The position numbers and the translations under genes were made by a program. 44,042 bases of DNA from a virus (Duplodnaviria; Caudoviricetes). Position 1 is the stretch's first letter. Each line of letters starts with the position of its first letter. The notes under the pieces are model-generated. The model had not been told where the DNA came from. It ran no database searches and saw nothing but the letters and a program-made list of their open reading frames with translations. The stretch is from positions 1-44,042 of the IMG/VR virus record IMGVR_UViG_3300033489_000019. One strand, given 5' to 3'. Positions 37,912 to 44,042 of the stretch are shown in pieces.

Positions 37912-38970
37912 TTATTTTTGAGTTTGACCACATTTTATACAAAATATTTTACCGCCAAATTTCTTCTTAGAATTTTCTATTATTTTTTCGTTTTTAATTT
38001 CTTTCTTACATCCTTCGCAATAAATAGCATTATCACTATACAAACTCCAGTCAGTTAATGTCATAGCCATAGTAATAATCTGTTCTCTATTTTCTATCGA
38101 TATCTCATTTGCATGTTCTACATTACACGATTTTAAAAACTGATAATATTTAGATGCTCCATATTCTTTTTTAAGTGTCGCAAAGATGTCTAAAAGATAA
38201 AACTGGTCTTTTGTATCTATTTTATTTTCTGATTTTTTGAGTTCTGCTGTTATAATTTTAGGTTTTACAGAATCAACTTTTTTGGGTTCTGAATGAGACG
38301 GATTATCTAAATATACTGGTTCCATATTATCAGTTATTGCCGCCTGGTCGGTTGTTAATGCGGTTTCAATTTGAATTGATAATATCCCAAATTTTGATAA
38401 CAATAATTTCAATACGGTTTTACGTGCCATTCCATCAAACCCCTTTTGCCATTGTCCGTCGATATTATTATACGACTGAGAATACTGTTTTCCGTGGGCA
38501 TGTAATTGCTCAACTGTCATATAATTATATTTTTTGAATCCATTTTTTAGTTTGAAATAAGCTAAATAACCTATCACTTTATCAGAAATTTTTTCTTTTA
38601 ATGTTATTTCGTCTGTAAAACGATTAATAATTATTTCGCCCTCATATACTTCATTTACAGAAATATTCTCGTACTGGCCTGTTCTTAAGGCCAATTGGTT
38701 AAAGCCTTTCCAGCCCATTTGGAATTGAGCCTGATTTTTATAAGGTATAATGTAAGCAAATCCTAAATTTTGATTAATTGGAAGGTCTAAATTTGCCGCA
38801 ATTAATGCAGAATTTATAACGCTGTTTGGATTACATTCTAATAATTTCGGATTAGTATTTATAGCAGAGATTAAACTTGAAATAAAAATAGGTGTTTTTT
38901 CCCCTAAAACATTTTCAAATTTTTTTAATGTTTTTTGATCCGACAGTAAAACCATTATTTCATTTCCCAT
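37912..38970 (-). CDS. recT: RecT-family single-strand annealing protein
   Basis: LGFAYIIPY...AQFQMGWKG..QLALRTGQY...MARKTVLK; C-terminal CxxC...CxxC. Confidence 0.9.
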   Translation of the reverse strand: MGNEIMVLLSDQKTLKKFENVLGEKTPIFISSLISAINTNPKLLECNPNSVINSALIAANLDLPINQNLGFAYIIPYKNQAQFQMGWKGFNQLALRTGQYENISVNEVYEGEIIINRFTDEITLKEKISDKVIGYLAYFKLKNGFKKYNYMTVEQLHAHGKQYSQSYNNIDGQWQKGFDGMARKTVLKLLLSKFGILSIQIETALTTDQAAITDNMEPVYLDNPSHSEPKKVDSVKPKIITAELKKSENKIDTKDQFYLLDIFATLKKEYGASKYYQFLKSCNVEHANEISIENREQIITMAMTLTDWSLYSDNAIYCEGCKKEIKNEKIIENSKKKFGGKIFCIKCGQTQK

Positions 38971-38993
38971 AATTCCCCTTTCTTTTTAAATTT

Positions 38994-39224
38994 TTACTCC
39001 ATTTTTTCTAATATTTCCAACAAGTCTTTTATACTTTCCAAATCCTCAGCGTCAAAATACTTCTTCTCGCCCTCAAACGATATTTTATTATCGTGCCGCA
39101 CGCTTGACCCAGGAGAAAGCTCTTTTATCTCTGCCAGAGTTTCATCAATTTTTCTTTTGCGTTCCCGTTGTTCCTCGGATATATCGGGGATATCCGTTTG
39201 ATAATCTCCAAATTTTTTAAGCAT
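38994..39224 (-). CDS. Hypothetical protein
   Basis: AAGGA RBS. Confidence 0.6.
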   Translation of the reverse strand: MLKKFGDYQTDIPDISEEQRERKRKIDETLAEIKELSPGSSVRHDNKISFEGEKKYFDAEDLESIKDLLEILEKME

Positions 39225-39430
39225 TATATATTCCTTTTTGCTTTTGATTCAACAATCATTATAAATATTTTTTGCGAGAAGCCAGGTGCTGAAACAGCAC
39301 CCGGCCCCTGCATTAGGGGAGAAGAGAGGCTCTTAGGCAAACTTTCCCCTTGGAATTGTTTTCTAATTTTTGGATTTTTCGTTTTTAAAGTTTTCATTTT
39401 TGCCTAAGAGTTTTTTTATTTACAATTTTT

Positions 39431-39458
39431 ATTATACGCCTGTTAATTTTAATGTCAA
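39431..39458 (-). promoter_or_regulatory. sigma70 promoter for the recombination operon
   Basis: TTGACA-16-TATAAT on the minus strand. Confidence 0.7.
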
Positions 39459-39467
39459 GATATTTTC

Positions 39468-39728
39468 TTAAATTTCTTTTTCCAGTTCTTGATTTACAAA
39501 TTCAATAATTTTTTCTTTATTGATATTGTTCCAAATTTCCCTTATACTACAGGCTTTCAGATACTTTTCTAAAAGTTCTTTTCTTGTAAACTTTTGATAC
39601 TGCCGATAACTTCCAATCTTTTCTAAAAAATTGATCTCATCGCAAGTTCCATATAAAACGTGTGCCGCATCTGACATTTTTGATCCCCTTTCTTTTAATA
39701 GTTTTGTAAAAGTTTGCACCCTACGCAT
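39468..39728 (-). CDS. Hypothetical protein
   Basis: In operon; start may be MSDAAH. Confidence 0.6.
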   Translation of the reverse strand: MRRVQTFTKLLKERGSKMSDAAHVLYGTCDEINFLEKIGSYRQYQKFTRKELLEKYLKACSIREIWNNINKEKIIEFVNQELEKEI

Positions 39729-39918
39729 ACCAATAAATTTTAGTTCTTTTCCCTCCCCCCTGATTTTTAGAATGTAAATGTTTTTTATGTTTTGGGATTT
39801 CTTTTAACCGTGCGAAATATGTTCGTAATTCCGATGTTCCACAGAGGAATAAACATGAGACCACAGTCAAAACTTTTCCGCTTTTTAGATAATTGAGAAT
39901 TTTGTTTTGGTTCGTCAA
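39721..39918 (-). CDS. Small winged-HTH-like protein
   Basis: QNKILNYLKSGKVLT...L...ARLK pattern. Confidence 0.55.
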   Translation of the reverse strand: MTNQNKILNYLKSGKVLTVVSCLFLCGTSELRTYFARLKEIPKHKKHLHSKNQGGGKRTKIYWYA

Positions 39919-40286
39919 TTTTTTGCCTCCTCTAATAGTTCAAAATTTTTATAAACGTTGCCAATGATTTCAATTTGTGTATAATTTGGGATTTGGTGCG
40001 GTTGAGGATTATTATTTGTGCCATGCCAACGCCCATATCCATATTCAATATTAACAATATCTGTTTTAGTAAAAACATTGTTTTTAATATTAATTTTACA
40101 AATATCTCCCTCATAAATTTCTTTACCGTTTTTGTCTTTTAATCCGGTGTATTGTTGTGATTCTTTTTGTGCGGTTTCAAGTTCACCAATTACACCAGTA
40201 AAACTATTATTTACAAATCCCCAATAATGAAATTTATAAAAAACACCTTTATTCCAAACTGGTTGCCTGAATTTTATGTCTTTCAT
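39915..40286 (-). CDS. YopX-family protein
   Basis: IKFR...QYTGLKDKNGKEIYEGDI...EIIGNVY. Confidence 0.9.
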   Translation of the reverse strand: MKDIKFRQPVWNKGVFYKFHYWGFVNNSFTGVIGELETAQKESQQYTGLKDKNGKEIYEGDICKINIKNNVFTKTDIVNIEYGYGRWHGTNNNPQPHQIPNYTQIEIIGNVYKNFELLEEAKN

Positions 40287-40492
40287 TAGTTTTCCGGTTC
40301 TGAAAATAAATTTTTTATGTTTTCGGGTACCAGTTCCCCGAAAATTATTGACTCCAGATTACGATTAATATAATTTAATGCGTCAATTTGCCGTGGGAAA
40401 ATATATAGCCTTGGTAATCCGATCGGAAATTTTTCGTATGTTATTCGGCAAGCTCCGCTGTCTTGTGGGATGTATTCTAATATTTTTATCAT
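40286..40492 (-). CDS. Hypothetical protein
   Basis: GGAGGA RBS. Confidence 0.6.
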   Translation of the reverse strand: MIKILEYIPQDSGACRITYEKFPIGLPRLYIFPRQIDALNYINRNLESIIFGELVPENIKNLFSEPEN

Positions 40493-40771
40493 CTATATTT
40501 TCCTCCATTTCCTTAAAATTCTGGCCCACAAAATTATGATCCAGTTGTTTTTAATAATTATTGTTTGCGCTGGGAGAAATTCTTTAATATCAAATCTGTT
40601 TGGTTGATGATAACCTTCTTTTATTATAAAATAATTTTGTAACATTTAAAACCCTCCTGTAATTTTGTAAAAGTTAAGAGCCTAAATATATTTTTCTGGT
40701 ATCAAAGAATATTTTTTTTCCATTATAATATTTCCTCCTTTTTAATTCCTAAAATCATTTATAAAAGCAGT

Positions 40772-41647
40772 TTACTTTTCCTCTATAACTTTTTTATATT
40801 TTTCTTCGTATTCGGGAAATCCCCAACTAGAAATTTTTTGGAATAATGGCATGATATTATTTCCAAAACGTTTTTTTATTGTATCCCAGCAGGGTAAATG
40901 CAAAGACAAAATTCCGATTATTTCCCATTCTAAACTGGTTATCAATTCTATTTTTTGGCGTTTTATTATTTCCAAAAATATAAAATGGGATTCTGAATAA
41001 TTTATTGCCCTCGCTAAATTTGCCCCCTCTAAATTTGCCCTCGCTAAATTTGCCCCCTCTAAATTTGCCCCCGCTAAATTTGCCCTCGCTAAATTTGCCC
41101 CCTCTAAATTTGCCCCCGCTAAATTTGCCCCCTCTAAATTTGCCCTCGCTAAATATGCCCCCTCTAAATTTGCCCCCACTAAATTTGCCCCCGCTAAATT
41201 TGCCCCCGCTAAATTTGCCCTCGCTAAATTTGCCCTCGCTAAATTTGCCCCCTCTAAATTTGCCCCCACTAAATTTGCCCCCGCTAAATTTGCCCCCTCT
41301 AAATTTGCCCTCGCTAAATTTGCCCCCTCTAATTTTGCCCTCGCTAAATTTGCCCCCTCTAAATTTGCCCTCGCTAAATTTGCCCCCTCTAAATTTGCCC
41401 CCGCTAAATTTGCCCCCGCTAAATATGCCCCCTCTAAATTTGCCCCCGCTAAATATGCCCCCTCTAAATTTGCCCTCGCTAAATTTGCCCCCTCTAAATT
41501 TGCCCCCGCTAAATATGCCCCCTCTAAATTTGCCCCCGCTAAATTTGCCCTCGCTAAATTTGCTTTTTCTACCGCCTCTTTTACATTTTCGGCATCCGCT
41601 TCAAATAATATTTTCCCCGTAAATCTGCATTTTATTTCTATTTTCAT
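40772..41647 (-). CDS. Pentapeptide repeat protein
   Basis: ~37 A(N/Y)L(A/E/V)(G/R) repeats. Confidence 0.92.
   Translation of the reverse strand: MKIEIKCRFTGKILFEADAENVKEAVEKANLARANLAGANLEGAYLAGANLEGANLARANLEGAYLAGANLEGAYLAGANLAGANLEGANLARANLEGANLARAKLEGANLARANLEGANLAGANLVGANLEGANLARANLARANLAGANLAGANLVGANLEGAYLARANLEGANLAGANLEGANLARANLAGANLEGANLARANLEGANLARAINYSESHFIFLEIIKRQKIELITSLEWEIIGILSLHLPCWDTIKKRFGNNIMPLFQKISSWGFPEYEEKYKKVIEEK
41005..41562. repeat. 15-bp coding tandem repeat, ~37 copies
   Basis: AAATTTGCCC(C/T)C(G/T/A)CT units. Confidence 0.95.
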
Positions 41648-41665
41648 TATAAAATTTCCTCCTTT

Positions 41666-42505
41666 TTAATCCAAAACCTCAACAGTTTTGGCTCTTATTT
41701 TTGTTAAATTTCGAGGGTAAATTTTAATATCCTTTGGGTCAACTAAAAATGATTTAACAATCCCGTTATTATGATATGTTTTTGCTTCATCGGGCGATGA
41801 AGACAAATGGATTCCGTTTCCGCATTCTCCGTTATAGTTTTCGTCCCAATCCGGGGCAGTGATTATTTCCCCTTTTTTGTAATGGATTTTCCCGGTGTGA
41901 AAATCCATTTCGTTTTCATGTACGATTTTGTACAGTTTCAATTTACCTTCAATAATTTCAATTTTTTTAAATTGGATATATCCCTCTATGTCATCTTGGG
42001 GACAATTTTTTAATTTAAATTCGCACCAATTATTTTTTATATAACTGTTTTGTAAGTTCCCTTTAGTGTGGATACCCACACCGTAATAGCAGGAAGAAAA
42101 TTTCCCGTAATTGCAGGAAGAAAATTTCCCTGAATTGCAGGAAGAAAATTTCCCTGAATTGCAGTAAGAAAATTCCCCTGAATTGCAGTAAGAAAATTCC
42201 CCTGAATAGCAGGAAGAAAATTTCCCTGAATTGCAGGAAGAAAATTTCCCTGAATTGCAGGAAGAAAATTTCCCTGAATTGCAGGAAGAAAATTTCCCTG
42301 AATTGCAGGAAGAAAATTTCCCGTAATTGCAGGAAGAAAATTTCCCTAAATAGCAGGAAGAAAATTTAACCCCTTTTAAATTGCATTTTTCAACAGTTAA
42401 ATTATTTATATTTTTAATTTCCAATTCAGCGTATCCTTCTTTTTCTCTTTCGGAATTGAATTCTTCTGGCTTTTTTATTAATTCTAAAAATTCTTTTTGT
42501 GTCAC
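41666..42505 (-). CDS. Octapeptide (G(K/E)FS(S/Y)CNS) repeat protein with a C-terminal ECGNGIH domain
   Basis: 12 repeats; AGGAGG RBS plus GTG. Confidence 0.8.
   Translation of the reverse strand: MTQKEFLELIKKPEEFNSEREKEGYAELEIKNINNLTVEKCNLKGVKFSSCYLGKFSSCNYGKFSSCNSGKFSSCNSGKFSSCNSGKFSSCNSGKFSSCYSGEFSYCNSGEFSYCNSGKFSSCNSGKFSSCNYGKFSSCYYGVGIHTKGNLQNSYIKNNWCEFKLKNCPQDDIEGYIQFKKIEIIEGKLKLYKIVHENEMDFHTGKIHYKKGEIITAPDWDENYNGECGNGIHLSSSPDEAKTYHNNGIVKSFLVDPKDIKIYPRNLTKIRAKTVEVLD
42081..42366. repeat. 24-bp coding tandem repeat, 12 copies
   Basis: TTGCAGGAAGAAAATTTCCCTGAA units. Confidence 0.95.
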
Positions 42506-42720
42506 GATATTTCCTCCTTTTTTATCCCCAAAATTTTACACAGGATTTGTAGATTTGGGGCGGTGAAACTAAAATTACCGTTAAGCCCCTGCGTAAAATG
42601 GGATAGGGCAATTTTAAGCCCTGATTTGTAGCAGGTTTTCCAGAGCGTCGTTTTTGATCCCCTCTGGTCAAGGTTTTTTCCTTTTAAAATTTTGTCAAGT
42701 TTTTCTTTGTCTAAGTACAT
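42502..42720 (-). CDS. XRE/Cro-like HTH protein
   Basis: LNG...LQILCKILGIKKEEI; AAGGAG RBS. Confidence 0.55.
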   Translation of the reverse strand: MYLDKEKLDKILKGKNLDQRGSKTTLWKTCYKSGLKIALSHFTQGLNGNFSFTAPNLQILCKILGIKKEEIS

Positions 42721-42858
42721 TTTTCTCCTTTCTAATTTTTAAATCTCTAAATTTTTCGGGAATACTTCTATTATTAATTTCCATGTTCCCGGAGATAAGT
42801 AAAAATACCCAATAGCAAAAATTAAAATTGATACTATAATAATATAGATTTTTTTCAT
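42695..42858 (-). CDS. Small membrane peptide
   Basis: ATG at 42858 overlaps the upstream stop; MKKIYIIIVSILIFAIGYFYL...; different frame from the track ORF; end approximate. Confidence 0.35.
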
Positions 42859-43202
42859 TTTCCACTTCGCGCAGAATCAAGTTCAATCTTAATAATTTCT
42901 AGTTGAACATTACTTGCATTTTTAATTTCTATAACTTTAAAAATAGTCCCTGGTTCTGCGTATTTAGTAAAATATCCAAAAGCTTCATTGGCAAATGATG
43001 GGCCAATCTTTTTTACTTCTTTAAAATCCAAAATTATCTTTTTCTCTGGATTTTTCCATGCATCCTCAGAATCTAATTCTTTAAGAAATTTATTCCTAAA
43101 ATCGACTGCTGCAGTATGTTTACCATCACCTTGATTATAATCACGATTTGTTAATCTATGATAAAAATCAATTCCAACATTAATTTCTTTAATTAATGCC
43201 AT
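42855..43202 (-). CDS. STAS-like (DUF4325-like) protein
   Basis: FRNKFL...IILDFKEVKKIGPSFANEAFG. Confidence 0.75.
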   Translation of the reverse strand: MALIKEINVGIDFYHRLTNRDYNQGDGKHTAAVDFRNKFLKELDSEDAWKNPEKKIILDFKEVKKIGPSFANEAFGYFTKYAEPGTIFKVIEIKNASNVQLEIIKIELDSARSGK

Positions 43203-43768
43203 AAATTTCCTCCTCTTTTGCTGGTATCGTAAATTGATACATTGTTCCTGCGAATACTCTTGAAGACTTTGCGCCTATTCCCCCATCTCTATTCATAAAT
43301 GCATATCCATTATGGGACATAATCACAAAAGGTATTTTTAAATCCTCACATATTTTCTTAATGCGTTTAAGGCCATTCCCTTTTCTTGCTCCACTTACAA
43401 AGGTTTTTCTTATTATACCTTTTTTGCGGAGAGGTGGTTCTAAAGACCCACTTATTGGTTTTTCCAATGCCATTCGTATAAATTCACCATCATTTGAAGA
43501 AATGTTTTTAATAAAAATATCAGATTGCTGCGATCCACTCATTAGTGAATTACGAATCCCTATTCCATTGTCTGCAATACAAACAGTGATTATTTTATGT
43601 TTTTTGTGGTATTGAGCTAAAATCCACCATCCACCATCCACTATCTCCATGGCTTACTCCATGTTCAGTCACATTAGCAAAAACTTCGGTTAAAACTACC
43701 GAATCAAACCATTCAAGAGATTCCGGACTTAAGCTGCTACGTTCTTTAATTAAATTATACACTTCCAT
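43189..43768 (-). pseudogene. 5'-truncated, frameshifted histidine-kinase-like ATPase (HATPase)
   Basis: N-box EVFANVTEHG in one frame; DNGIGI and GNGL boxes in another; 7-bp duplication at 43626-43639. Confidence 0.75.
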
Positions 43769-44042
43769 TTCTCTTTTTTCCCCCGGAAATCCAGCCCCCG
43801 GAAATCCAGCCCCCGGAAATCTCGCCCCCGGAAATCCTTGCGCCCCCGGAAATCTCGCCCCCGGAAATCTCGCCCCCGGAAATCCTTGCGCCCCCGGAAA
43901 TCTCGCCCCCGGAAATCTCGCCCCCGTAAATCTCGCCCCCGGAAATCTCGCCCCCGGAAATCACTCCCCCGGAAATCCAGCCCCCGGAAATCCAGCCCCC
44001 GGAAATCTCGCCCCCGGAAATCCTTGCGCCCCCGGAAATCTC
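43755..44042 (-). CDS. 3' part of the origin-spanning ISGG-repeat protein (15/18-bp coding repeats)
   Basis: CCCCCGGAAATC-based units; in frame with 249..1. Confidence 0.8.
   Translation of the reverse strand, partial: EISGGARISGGEISGGWISGGWISGGVISGGEISGGEIYGGEISGGEISGGARISGGEISGGEISGGARISGGEISGGWISGGWISGGKKRNGSV

Larger units (their letters stand above)
1..44042. mobile_element. Probable complete tailed-phage genome (HK97-fold head, siphovirus-like tail), circular assembly
   Basis: Ordered terminase-portal-protease-capsid-tail-lysis module plus replication and recombination genes. The end sequence ...GGAAATCTC joins the start GCCCCCGGAAATC... and keeps one ORF in frame. Confidence 0.9.

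Noticed and set aside
39281-39304. Hairpin GCCAGGTGCTG-AAA-CAGCACCCGGC as an attC or tRNA
   Set aside because: No core sites or cloverleaf; probably an ordinary regulatory stem-loop.
41005-41622. Plus-strand LNLPP-repeat ORF (205 aa)
   Set aside because: Antisense shadow of the pentapeptide gene, with no RBS.
41005-42366. Regular repeats as a CRISPR array
   Set aside because: Units are contiguous with no unique spacers, are multiples of 3 and encode peptide repeats; no cas genes.

Overview
The window looks like a complete, circularly assembled ~44 kb AT-rich tailed-phage genome with an HK97-type head and a long non-contractile tail. The two ends join in frame inside a repeat gene. The plus strand carries replication genes (O-like initiator with iterons, DnaB-like helicase), then HNH, terminase, portal, protease and capsid, head-tail and tail genes (with a -1 chaperone frameshift), receptor-binding/accessory genes and lysis. 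The minus strand carries an early region: two DNA methyltransferases, RecT with a PD-(D/E)XK nuclease, YopX, HTH proteins and three tandem-repeat proteins. I see no integrase, IntI, reverse transcriptase, tRNA or CRISPR. The best finding is two small arrays of integron gene cassettes (six attC-like sites, 8585-9613 and 34512-35578) with reciprocal core-site complementarity and no integrase. In the second array the genes are inverted relative to attC and appear translationally wired into the phage operon through the attC sequences. Other leads: structural-module proteins with signal peptides and a strong D-[S/T] (O-glycosylation-like) bias, next to a phage glycosyltransferase; a kissing-loop C4-like RNA before the replication gene; a motif-swapped PD-(D/E)XK nuclease; and a captured HATPase/STAS-like fragment frameshifted by a 7-bp duplication. 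All calls come from reading motifs by eye; no searches were run.
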